The translations under genes and the position numbers were made by a program. Shown piece after piece: positions 46,834 to 58,865 of a DNA stretch of 64,000 nt; within the stretch, counting starts at the first letter, position 1; each line of letters opens with the position of its first letter. The stretch lies in NCBI GenBank assembly GCA_964270895.1, contig OZ185446.1; one strand, written 5' to 3'. Source of the stretch: Podarcis filfolensis. Taxonomy: Eukaryota. The notes beneath the pieces are model-generated. The model ran no database searches and was not told the DNA's origin. It worked only from the letters and a program-made list of their open reading frames with translations.

Positions 46834-49261
46834 GCATATACATAAAGCTATTTGGATGGAGGCAAACATTTAAACTTTTCATTTTGACATCCAACTAAAA
46901 GGCCACTTTTGAGTGCTAGGTTTGACTAGATGTTACAGATCTGACAAGTGAATAATCAGAAGCTTCACTTTAAGAGAAAGCTACCAAGACATGGTTCTGT
47001 CAGTGTTCTGAGAACCAATTCAGTCAGAATGAAGTCTTTTTTAAAATGGAAAAGCAAAGGCCATCACACAGGCGTAGCACTGAGGATGTTAACTCTCTGT
47101 CGCCCAGTTGATAGATATAACAATTCCAAATAAGGCAAGAGAAGAGCTTTGCCATCTAAGAAATCAAAGAGCATACTGATTGAAATAACTGTCTTCCGTA
47201 TAGGCTAGCAAATATGGAGCCCAGAGATGGGTGGCATCAAAGTTCAGCATGGCGGGACATCTGCTAAGAATTTCTATGTCAGCAAGTGACCCAGTGACAA
47301 GTCTACCTGGTCTAAACAATCCATTTCACCACATTAACCTTCTTGGTAGCCCACCTTTGACTTGGGTCCAGACAATGGTGATGTTGGTAAGGAAAAGCAG
47401 TCAATGTCATGGGGTACCCTCCAACACGCTGAAGTGAATAACTGGGACACCATCTTCCAGGGCTGCACTTCTGCATGAATCACATGACCCACACAAGATC
47501 ATGGCCCCCCAAAAGTGTTTTTTTCAGGGCAAGATCACAGTGCCATGTTCTCACACACAAAAAACCAGGATGTGTCAGCTTTATCAGGACAGTTGAGGGT
47601 ATGCCATTGCCCACTTGCTTATTGATTCTGTGCCTGGCAAGCAAGCCAATGGTAACAGGGACGTGGAAGAGGAACAGCAGCAACAGCTAGTGACAATTGC
47701 AGTGTGGAAGTACAGACAATAACAGAATTGGGACCATGGGGGCTGCCTTGTCCATAAAGGATAACTGGCTTGGTTAATGTGTACAATGACTGGTTATCTT
47801 GCACACTGACCACTTAACTTACATTCCACTTAGCTTGTGTAGGCGGGGCTGGTATGGGGTCAATTATTAGTGGTCAGCATTGATTTCTTCTCAGTGTTTG
47901 GTGTTTGTTTCATCAATACTTCCTCTCTGGCTCTTCTGCCAAGGCAGGCGTTTGTGTCCCACTCAGATGTGTCCCACTCAGATAAACGTGCAAGAGAGGC
48001 CACAATCACAGACAGGCTGGATTACCCCATTCTGATGTAAGTGAACAGATATTCCTTGAACTAATACTCATTACCATCTAAATGAGTAAGACTATTCAGA
48101 GGCTAAAATTACCTGAACGCCTTTTGCCATCTGTTAAATAAGTGATATTTAACTTTAGTCATCATATGGCTGCTAACTATTTTGCTCACCTCCTCATTTG
48201 CTAGGTTGCCCCAAAGAGACAAAGGGTCGCTCCAGATGTGCTTCTTCACGATCATTTGTGATCATGGTGCTATTGGGGTGAGCATACATGATCCTGCTGT
48301 CAGTCCTGTTTGTGCCTGCCAAAGCTTTGGGGTGATCACACCGCTTCATTTCCAGTCAGTGGATATATGTAATTTACTGCTGAAGTCCCATAACCTTTTA
48401 TACCACAAATGCTCTGTTGTTGTTGTTGTCCTGCTTTCGTTGGGCTATAATCTCTCTGGACAGCAATCATGTGGGGGAAGCATTGCAGAACCTACTAAAG
48501 CAAAAAAAAAGTCCACCAACAATGCACTATTATTGTGCCAAGCAAGGACATGTTGTGGAATACACCTGAAATAAAACCCAAGTCTGGAAGGCCCACAGCC
48601 AACAGAGCTGGAAGTGAAGAGTGTCTGAGGGTTTGGTCAACATGTGTGTGTGTGTGGGGGGGGGCTTATTTTGGTCTCTTCTAGTGTACAGACAGTGGAA
48701 CAACCTGCTCTGAGTGCCACTTAATCCACCCATACTCATAAAACGGTGCATTTAGCCACTTCCTTCTTCACAGCTGTTCTGGGTTGTATTTGATTATTAT
48801 TATTGTATTCTTGGAAAGGTAATGCGAGTCAGTTGGCTGCCCATGCTTCCAGTTTCTATTGAAGCCAGTGGGCATTTTGCCATTGAATCCAATTGGAACA
48901 GAATAGCATTCAGGGACCTTTTCTGCGAACGTATCTAGGACAAAAGCTTACTGCTATAACAGTTCTCTCTCTTCCTCTCCCTCTCCCTCCCCTTCCCCTC
49001 CCCCTCTCTCCCCAAAAGGCTTTCTTTTCAACAGGACTGTACTTCCTTCTTTTAAAGTAATATATATGGCCTTTGGATAAACATGTTTTAAAGAATCTTC
49101 AGTGGAATTTTTTTGCAAGCTACATAGCTGGTTTCCCTTCTGGGTTCCTTGGATTTGAATTGGGAAACTGCCAGTCTTCTCCACCATGTCTGTGAACATA
49201 AACCCCAGAATGTAGAGGTGGTCAGGCACCAAACTGTGCTGTGAGTGACTAGTGTGGACAC

Positions 49262-49394
49262 CAGAGCTTTTTCCCCAGCTGGAAATCACTGAAAGTCAGT
49301 TCCGGCACCTCTCAGCTGGGTGTCATTGCCATTACGACGAGAACAAGGGTTCATGGTGGGTTCCGGGATCTCTTTTCCTACAAAAATAGCTCTG
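49262..49394 (+). mobile_element. hAT-type MITE (~135 bp family)
   Basis: TIR CAGAGCTTTTT / AAAAATAGCTCTG, perfect TSD GTGGACAC. Homologous to 31648-31783. Confidence 0.9.
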
Positions 49395-49621
49395 GTGGAC
49401 ACTATGGGAGACAAGTACATAAATCACCCAGCCGTACCAGCTGCTCCTGGAAATGATTGGTTTTACAATACATATTATTCCAAGAGAAAAGAGCCAAGGA
49501 ACACATATACAAGAGGTCACTGTTAGAACTGGTTCAGCTTATTACAATAACAGATGGGGCTGCAGATGTTAACCACCTTGTTCACACAAGCATTTTCCAT
49601 TGTGATCCTGTTACAAGGAAG

Positions 49622-49645
49622 GTGTGTGTGTGTGTGTGTGTGTGT
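49622..49645. repeat. (GT)n microsatellite
   Basis: Read directly from the sequence. Confidence 0.95.
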
Positions 49646-51148
49646 AAGTAAAAGCAGGTTTTCTTGTCTGCCCTAAATATATTCAACATGGGCCTTCAGA
49701 ATTAAGACCCAGAACTAAGGCGGCAGTCTTAACCTGAATTACATTTATGCAAACCCACTGAATTTCCTGGAAAACTTAAGGATAAGCGAAAGGACAGGAG
49801 CACTGAGAAGAGATTTATTACATGGAAGACAGAAGGAATTACTTTAGGCCAGATTGTGTCCTAGCTTACACTGGTGTAAATCTGCAATATCTTTATTGAC
49901 TTCACAATTATCGATTCGAGTTAGTCTGGATTTACAACAAAGAAAATAGGACCCACCCTTGTATTGCAGTGTGTTGCAAGCTACTCTCAAAATATAGCCA
50001 GTCAGCTAGAGCAAAAAGTCTTCAGCACTGAATCAATTCTTTCCCTTTTCCCCATGCTGTGCAATTTTCCTTATGCCCATTGTAATATTTTTACTCTTCC
50101 CACCAAGCCTTTCCACAGCGGAGCTTCAGAAATGGTGATGAACTAGCAGAACAATGACCTTTCCTAATGAGAAATATTACAAGACTGCTTGTCTGACAGT
50201 ATTTTAACTGTTTCTGCTGCTGGAAACTTAACTAGTGAAAAAGGGCTCCTCACTTTTTCTTTCCAGAGTTAACCGTACAAGTCTTCAGGCTATTCTGATT
50301 TGGATTTCTGCTGATTTAAAATCTGACTGGCGTCTATTCCTAGTGAATATGTAGGAAAATCCAGTAGCAGGTGGTATGGTGGGAGAGCAGCACTTACTCA
50401 ACCTCCCGACACCTGAGTTGCTGATACTTGCCTTGTGGGAGATGATATGGGGTGGTATAGGTGCAGTGCAAACTGGCAGGAGTACTAAATTGGTTTCACC
50501 ACAGAGTTTGCACCATGCTGACCTCCTCCCCCCTCCCCCACTTCCTTCCAGTAAGGAGCTGCAAGTCACCTATTAGGAACTCAAGGTTATACACTGTCAC
50601 TCCACCATGCTATCTATAACTACCAAAATTCCTTCTTAGAATCACACATACAGAAAACAAGAGAAAACAAGCACTGCATAAGTTAGCAAAAGATGGGCAA
50701 ATCTTTCCCCAGTCTGTGTCATTTTCACATGTGATTACTCATAAGCAGATCCCATTGTGTTGAAAATTAACATTTAAATGCATATTTTAAAAAATGCATT
50801 CTATCTTAAAATGTATATTTCTAAAATATTTTATCCAAAAACACACATTTTATACACACAGTCTGATATGCAGCCTGTGCCAAGATCAGCATTGCAGCAT
50901 TCAGAGAAAACCCAGTAGGAAGCTGCATTCAGAAATTATTAAGCTTATGCTGATGAGGTATATCTGTTTCCTTTCCCCGTAAATTATGACAGTGTTGTTA
51001 AAATGCGTATATTCTCCCCGCCCCCGCTCTTTGGTAGTAGCCTGCTTCCTTATGAACCTGCTCAACCTTCAGAGGTACAACCAATTGCCAATGTAAGTTG
51101 CATGATGAAGGGGGATCAGGGAGATCTATAATTTAGAGGGTTAGATAT

Positions 51149-51262
51149 CAGGGACGAGGAGCCAGGTGTTGAACTACAACTCCCATCATCCCTGTTCCTT
51201 GACCATGTTGGTTGGGGCTGACAGGAGTTGGAGTCCAACAGCGTACAGTCTCCCCATTCCTG
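51149..51262. mobile_element. Degenerate palindromic MITE
   Basis: ACTACAACTCCCATCATCCC / GACAGGAGTTGGAGT arms. Confidence 0.6.
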
Positions 51263-52877
51263 ATCTGGACTGAGATATGGATATACAAAGATAAATAATG
51301 TGCTCTCTGCATTAACCTTGCAGAGCTATGGGTCCTGCCAATATTCCTGTTTTCTTTGAATTCCTTTTTGGAGTGAAAAAGTGTTCTGCTCTGGAAAGGC
51401 TGCTGAGGAATTGGATATCTTTAAGCAATCAGTCCACTGTACCAATCTAAATTGACACAAGATAGATTAGAAGCTTGAAAAAGAGTTTTGACCTTTTGCT
51501 AGGTAAAGTACCAGTGCAGTATCGTCTGTTGTAGTCTTGTTTTGTGATACATTTCAAAAAATGCTTTGGGAAATGCCAAGAGCTCCATCATTGTTGCTGA
51601 GATATTTTTCAGTTGAGGTCAATAAAACTGTTAAGAAAAAGCTCCATAAAATTAACTTGCCTCTCAGTGTGTTGAGTTCGGTATCTGAAGAGTGGCTTGT
51701 GTTGATCTCTCTGCCCTCTTTTTTGTAATTCCTCCTTATCATTGCTTTCCATTTGATCCATCTCCCTGTTAGCACTCCCTGCAGTTTCTTGTAAAATGAA
51801 ACTTGACTCCCTCCCCATGCTACCTGACTCCACAGTGACTGATACTCAATCTCTTCATCTTTGCCATTTCTGGACTCTGATTAGTCATTCTTTTTTTTTT
51901 TTGCTGGGGGAAGAGGTGGCATCATTTTTCTTCTCCTGGTGATTGTTGGGTGCATTCCTATTCAGCTTTTTTTTTTTTTAATGTACCCATCCTGTTTGTT
52001 TTCCAGTTGATACCTGTATTTGTGCCTGTGTGTCACACCGAAATAACATACAGCCAAGAGAAATACTCCAGTTGATTCCAGCCTTTAACCCTGAGATAAA
52101 ATGCTTTGGGTACTGAAGTGCCATCAGATCTCACGCAAAGGAGAAGTTTATTCTTGGTTTACTTATGCCAAATCATGCAGCTTAACCAACATGCTTGTTT
52201 GGGATTCATAGCCCATGTTGATCTGTTCCTCTAGCTGTCGTAGGATGACTTTCTCCTAGTGGGATCCCTCTAATAAATGACCTAGGGGCTTCTTTGTTAT
52301 TATCATCCATGAAAAGCAAATAAAAGAGTGCAGCTTGTATCCCTGAAGACCCAGGACCTAGGTGGATGAAACTAGCAAGCAAGGCTCAGTAAGAAAGATG
52401 TTTGATATTGGCACAGAGTCCCTCCAACTCCACCCTGGGATGCTCTTCCACTGAGCTACAGCCTTTCCCCCAAGGTTTGATGCTGGGGAGAACTCCTACC
52501 TGCTGTCATTCACCATCGGCGGTATCAGGTATCAGGCAAGATGTACCAGTGGCTTGACTTGGTATAAGGTAGCTTCCTACGTTCCTATTTATAAATAATA
52601 AAAAGTCGCATGCATAAGAGATGATGAGCTGTATGCTGGCCTACCAATAAATTGCTAATGTTGTTATATTGGAAAAGTTTGTGAAGCCATTGTGTCACTG
52701 TATGTTTGCAAAAAGAAGAACTGAAGAACTGTGTGTAGGATTATGGGCAGTTTAGTCATTTATCTTTCCCTGATGCTGCTACTGATGAAATGCTTTGAGC
52801 TATTCTTTAGGCATCTTAAGACTTAAGTGGGATGTGTGGATGCACATAACTTCCACAAATGCTAACAAAAGTTATGC

Positions 52878-53254
52878 CAGACCTTCCAAATGTCCTTATT
52901 TTCCAGGTACACTTCTGGATTTACAGAAGCCATCCCAGTTTCTGATTTGAGCCTGAAATGTCCCACTTTTCCTTAGGAAGTCCCTATTTTCATTGGAGAA
53001 ATGTTGGAGGGTATGGAGTTATGCAACCCCCAAGCCAAGGAGATACAACTTTTAGAAGACATCTGAAGGCAGCCCTGTATAGGGAAGTTTTTAAATGTTT
53101 AATTTTTTATTATGTTTTTATATATGTTGGAAGCTGCCCAGGGTGGCTGGGGCAACCCAGTCAGATGGGTGGGATATAATAATAATAATAATAATGATAA
53201 TAATAATAATAATAGGACATCTTTATTTTCATAGGAGAAATGTTAGAAGGTATG
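52878..53254 (+). mobile_element. Composite MITE carrying an L2 3' end (copy B)
   Basis: Aligns with the reverse of 3627-4016 and embeds 'TTTAGAAGACATCTGAAGGCAGCCCTG...GTGGCTGGGGCAACCCAGTCAGATGGG(ATA)n'. Flanks TTATGC/TTATGA. Confidence 0.8.
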
Positions 53255-54559
53255 TTATGATGTAGTGCTGAAAGTACAGAGAAGCATGCTCCATTCACTT
53301 CAAGGAAATATGGTGGCTGAATGCTTTGAAAAACAGCTTTTGGTGCATCTATTGTCATTATAATTAACCTGAAAGATTGAGTGGTAATGAATATCATTTT
53401 AGACCCTGCAGGGTGTGGTTTCTGAAAGAACACGGTGCCTGAGAAGGAATGGATACAATGAGGAGTATCTGTAGCTACCAGAAAGTTATGTCTACTCAGA
53501 AGTATGTGAGCATAGGAGTGCCTCCTTAAGGGGTTAAAAATGATTCTAAAGAGCAGCGGGAAGAAAATAATCAGAGAGAGTGTAGGAGGCTCTTCTTAAA
53601 GGTTGTGGTTGGGAGGATGAGTTTGCCCTGATGAACAGAACTTGGCTGGTGATGAGCTGTATAGACAAAGGCTACAGAAAAAACAGCAATCATGCTCTTA
53701 GAGAGGAAGTGCCAGGGAAAAGAACTGCTCTTTTGGCAGAAGTGTTGACGTGGCGGGCAGGTGCGGGGAAGAAGGAGCAGGTTTCTAGCGATAAAAGAAT
53801 TACATGAAAAACAAACAATAAATTGCAAGCAATAAGATGAAGCATTAAGCACACTCAAGAGTCCCATTGGACATGAACACGAACTCCCACATTTTATCAT
53901 TCTGCTTTTTGCAGGATAGGATCTGTGTGCATTAAAAAAGGGAGAGGGGATAAATTAATTAATACGTGTAACTGTAGTCCGAAACATACAGAGGGCACCA
54001 GGTTGGCTGGTGTTGACAAAAGTGAGCTTGATGGACCGCTTATCTGACTCGACACAAGCAACTTCATGTGTTCCTAAAATTTGTAACTCCTGCCTACAAG
54101 TTTGCCAGAGGAACCAATGCCACCACAATTATACACCATACTCACAAAGCCAGCCACAAAGGGAGGAGTCACTAGTCAGTAACCACCAGTCACACAGTAA
54201 TAATGGGGCATTCTATTGGTGTCTTCTTAGTTTCAGTTAGTGGCCAGTGGGGCTGTGTTGCTCTCCTGACTTCTCAATGTTGTGTGACGCAGCTGGTTAC
54301 CAAAGGGGAGAGGCACAGCATTTGGAGCATCCTATTGGCTGCACCTGCACTGTGCCAAACTCCCCACTGCTCTGTCCCTCATAGGAACTGACAGTGAGGT
54401 GTGACGTTAGGAAAACAGGAGAGAATCCAAATATGCTCAGCCCTGCCCACTGCTGTTGTTAGTGTACTACAAACATACTTCCATTTATTGTGCATTTAAG
54501 GCAAAGAAGAGGAAGTCATTGTTTGTCCCTTGTTTGCATTTGTGTGAACTGTACACATA

Positions 54560-54815
54560 CAGGGCTGGCCCATGGCATTTAGCTGCCTGAGGCAAAGCAG
54601 CAAAATCTAACCCAAGTCAAGGCACCTAATACCCAAAGCTGTGAAGTCAGTTTGGCCTCTGAGGCAGAAAAATCTCAGAAGTGCCTCTTCTTGGGAGTAA
54701 AAAAAAAATCAAGAAAAACAAATCAAATATCTAATAATTTGCTGCTCTTTCTTGACATGCAAAATTAGCAACCTGAAGTGGCTTCATCACTCTGCCTAAT
54801 GGTAGGGACTCAGTG
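54560..54815. mobile_element. Degenerate hAT-type MITE (TGCCTGAGG family)
   Basis: CAGGGCTGGCCC...GCTGCCTGAGGC left arm and CACTCTGCCTAATGGTAGG right arm. Confidence 0.55.
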
Positions 54816-55834
54816 CCTTGCTATTACATAACTGTGCTGTTTTCCCCCAACTGCTTTATAAAATAAACATTGCTGCATTGCTATTGGTGCAGTACTGCAC
54901 CTTGGGAAAGTCTCTCACATTTGAAGAAAGAAATAATTCTGTTGTGTAAATAATATTGCCCACCGGTAGGGAACCTCCATTATTCCTCTACATATTACTA
55001 TGTTCGCAAGTAAGTGGAAACGTTTTGGTGAATCTTTCTGGAAACCACAATTCTGTCAACATGCTGGGAGGCAGTATTGAGAAGCCCGAGGCAATATACA
55101 AGGGGGAAAATTGTGCCAGAACTCTCCATAGTAAAACATAGAAACCTTTCCCAGTGAATATGACATGCTAAGTAACCGAGGGATATATTGTAATTGTAAC
55201 ATCTGTCTTCTCTCAAGAAAAGATTGGAAAAGGGACTGTGACACAATTCCTACTTTGGAAGAAGAGATTTATCTACCGCTAGAATAAAAATTTAGCTATA
55301 ACTGAAGAAAGTAAAACATAGAAGTCACTGTAAAGAGGGGGGGGAGCATGGAATTACCCATTTGTGAGAAATTCTATGTACATGACTTTATAAATAATAC
55401 AAGCGATATATCATCCTCTTTGTGTCACACTGTGATAACTGAGGATAAATTATTTTCTCTGGAACACATTCCTATGCAATACTTTATGTCTTTTGCAAGG
55501 TGCTTACCTCAAAAAAGAACATAAGCTCCTTTTGCAAAACAAAACAAAACATAAGCCAGAACAGCCTTTAGATATAAATGCCAAGCCAAGCAAATGTCAG
55601 AGCCCCGGTCTGGTGAGGGGTATGCTATATGCAGAAATAATTTCCTTTGTACATGCAAGAGGCTGTGCTATCTTAGGCCTCCAGAGAACTATGTGAGCTT
55701 CTCCTCATCCCTTTATTTTGAAGAAAGGACCAGCACAGTCCAAGCATCTCCTTCTTCACTCTTGTCAGTGTTGCATTTCTCTAGGAGGGACAGGCACTGC
55801 CATTGGGCAGTGTGAGGCATCTGCCTCAGGTGGC

Positions 55835-55835
<1 letters not shown>

Positions 55836-55884
<49 letters not shown>

Positions 55885-57013
55885 TTATTATTTGTACCCC
55901 GCCCATCTGGCTGGGTTTCCCCAGCCACTCTGGGCGGCTTCCATAGAAAACCAAAAATACACTAAAATATCACAGATTAAAAACTTCCCTGAACAGGGCT
56001 GCCTTAAGATGTCTTCTGAATGTCAGGTAGTTATTTATCGCTTTGACATCCGATGGGAGGGCGTTCCACAGGGCAGGCGCCACTACCGAGAAGGCCCTCT
56101 GCCTGGTTCCCTGTAGCTTTGCTTCTCGCAATGAGGGAACCGCCAGAAGGCCCTCGGCGCTGGACCTCAGCATCCGGGCAGAACGATGGGGGTGAAGACG
56201 CTCCTTCAGGTATACTGGGCCGAGGCCGTTTAGGGCTTTAAAGGTCAACACCAGCACTTTGAATTGTGCTCGGAAACGTACTGAGAGCCAATGTAGGTCT
56301 TTCAAGACCGGTGTTATGTGGTCTCGGCGGCCGCCCCCAGTCACCAGTCTAGCTGCCGCATTCTGGATTAGTTGTAGTTTCCGAGTCACCTTCAAAGGTA
56401 GCCCCACGTAGAGCGCATTGCAGTAGTCCAAGCGGGAGATAACCAGAGCATGCACCACTCTGGCGAGACAGTCCGCGGGCAGGTAGGGTCTCAGCCTGCG
56501 TACCAGGTGGAGTTGGTAGACAGCTGCCCTGGACACAGAATTGACCTGCGCCTCCATGGACAGCTGTGAGTCCAAAATGACTCCCAGGCTGCGCACCTGG
56601 TCCTTCAGGGGCACAGTTACCCTATTCAGGACCAGGGAGTCCTCCACACCAGCCCGCCCCCTGTCCCCCAAAAACAGTACTTCTGTCTTGTCAGGATTCA
56701 ACCTCAATCCATTAGCCGCCATCCATCCTCCAACTGCCTCCAGGCACTCACACAGGACCTTCACCGCCTTCACTGGTTCTGATTTGAAAGAGAGGTAGAG
56801 CTGGGTATCATCTGCATATTGATGGACACCCAGTCCAAACCCCCTGATGATCTCTCCCAGTGGCTTCATATAGATGTTAAAAAGCATGGGGGAGAGGACG
56901 GAACCCTGAGGCACCCCACAAGTGAGGGCCCAGGGGTCTGAGCACTCATCCCCCACCACCACTTTCGGAACACGGCCCAGGAGGAAGGAGCAAAACCACT
57001 GCATAACAGTGCC
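55836..57013 (-). mobile_element. L2 LINE, 5'-truncated, with an uninterrupted reverse-transcriptase C-terminal ORF
   Basis: ORF 55970-57058 has the RT motifs GVPQGSVLSPMLFNIYM and HQYADDTQLY and the L2 C-terminus LISRLDYCNALYVGLP...HITPVLKDLHWL. (AAT)n tail. The first ~15 aa of the track ORF are flanking sequence. Confidence 0.98.
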
Positions 57014-57234
57014 TGTATTGGGAAGTGGGCATTGGGGTGGAGGAGGAGGCTTAGGCAACTGTGGGAAGGCAGGGACCTCCAGTCCTTACGATTGCCTCCT
57101 TAGGGCAAGATCTACTGCAAAGAGTCGCTGTGCTCACTAGGCCTCCTGAGCTATTTCTTCTTTCAATAAAAGAGTTAACTTCACTGACACCGTGTGAGTT
57201 ATTACTGACCTACTCCTGGCACCCACCCCGGACA
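57014..57234 (+). mobile_element. LTR-like R/U5 remnant
   Basis: CT-rich stretch, AATAAA at ~57166, ending GGACA. Confidence 0.4.
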
Positions 57235-57235
57235 T

Positions 57236-57500
57236 TAGGGGTGAGGGAGAAATTTATTTTGGTTCTCATTTAAAGATAAACTTACCAAATTCACATTTTT
57301 CAAAACAACATGCAAACCAAGGCACAGCCATTTTCTTGTTCAAATTTGCACTCTAAACTTTCAATCTAGACCTCCAGCCAAGTAATAGGTACCAAAATAC
57401 ATATGTTGGGGGGTATAGCATGCACATAAATAAGCTTAGATGTGCATATATTAGTGAAAATACAATACAAAAGTGCATTCTATTAGGGAAGATTTCTAGC
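57236..57500 (+). mobile_element. AT-rich interspersed repeat (same family as 41405-41757)
   Basis: Shared blocks such as CTCCAGCCAAG.AAT and AAATTTGCAC. Confidence 0.55.
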
Positions 57501-58099
57501 TATTGAGCTCAGTGGTGCTAACTCCCGGGTAAATACACATAGGATTGCAGCCTTAAAAATAATGCCACTAGTGCTTTTTCAAAATTTCCACTGCAAATCC
57601 TCTTTTACTCAGCATCAGCACTGTGAAGAAATCCCCCCTCTCTCATTCTACATTTTCTTCTCCCAGTTTTTTGTTTGTGGAGGTCTGTTTTCTGTTTTAC
57701 ACAGCAATATGCAAGCTCTGTACCTGTAGACTTTTTATCTTTCATTATAGTTTGAGTGGTTGGTTTACAGTAAATTCAATAGTTGGTGCATTTCTTCTCC
57801 TCTCACTGAGGGAGTATAGATGTTTCCTTTTAACAAGACAAGAAATGTTGACCGTCATATCAGTATGTTGTGTCTGTTGATAATTCTGGGGTTGAGCTAT
57901 ATATTTATCTTGCATTACTTTATGTTTCGAGAAGCTGGACATTGTCTTTTGAACTATGCATTTTATGTAGTCCATCACTTATCATTTCCCCCCTCATGAT
58001 TTACTACTCTCTATTTGCCTTATTTTGTTCAATTGTCATGTCCTGTTCTTGTTTTTCTTGTGACATGTTTATTATTATTAATATATCATTATTATTAAT

Positions 58100-58100
58100 A

Positions 58101-58136
<36 letters not shown>

Positions 58137-58865
58137 ATCACCCTTTCTATATCACCCTTTATCTGAGGATCACAGGGCAGTTTACAGCATAAAACACACA
58201 AATACATAACATAGCAACAAACAAAATCAATAACCCTCTTCCACAAGCACATTAAAAAAGTCATAGAACATTAATCAGTCAAAGGCCTGGTTGAAAGGGA
58301 GCGTTTTTGCCTGGTGCCTAAAGATATATAAGGAAGGCACCAGATGAACCTCTGGGAGGAGAGCATTCCACAAGTGGGAAGTCACCACGGAAAAGGCCTA
58401 CTCTTGTGTTGCATCACTCTGGACCTCATGTTGAGTAGGCGAAGAAGAGCTTCAGATGATGATTGCAAGCTCCAGATAGTCTTTGAGGTATTGCAGTCCT
58501 GAGCCATTTAAGGCTTTATAGGTCAAAACCAGGGCTTTGAATTGGGCCTAGAAACTAATTAGCAGTCAGTGCAGTTGGGACAGGAATGGAATTGCATACT
58601 CATACTGTCTTGTCCGGTTAGCAAGACATTGGTCCATCACATGCACTGCTGTGTGTCATCAGCATATTGCTGACAATGTACTCCAAAAATCCAGATGACT
58701 CCACTCAATGGTTTCATGTAAAACAGCATAGGGGATAAAATCAAATCCCGAGGAACCCAACATTGAAGGCTCCACTGGACCGATGAGCACTCCCTAAGCA
58801 TCACCCTCTGAAAATGACCATCCAAGTAGAACTGGAACCATTGCAAAGCAGACTTTCCGAGTTCC
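58100..58865 (-). mobile_element. Older L2 LINE fragment with an internal deletion
   Basis: Minus-strand ORF LGKSALQWFQFYLDGHFQRV...VPRDLILSPMLFYMKPL...CQQYADDTQ, then a jump to the C-terminal region, 3' UTR and (ATT)n tail. Confidence 0.9.

Noticed and set aside
52621-52725. Box C (ATGATGA) and box D (CTGA) pair suggesting a C/D snoRNA
   Set aside because: No terminal stem and no recognisable guide. Such motifs are common by chance.
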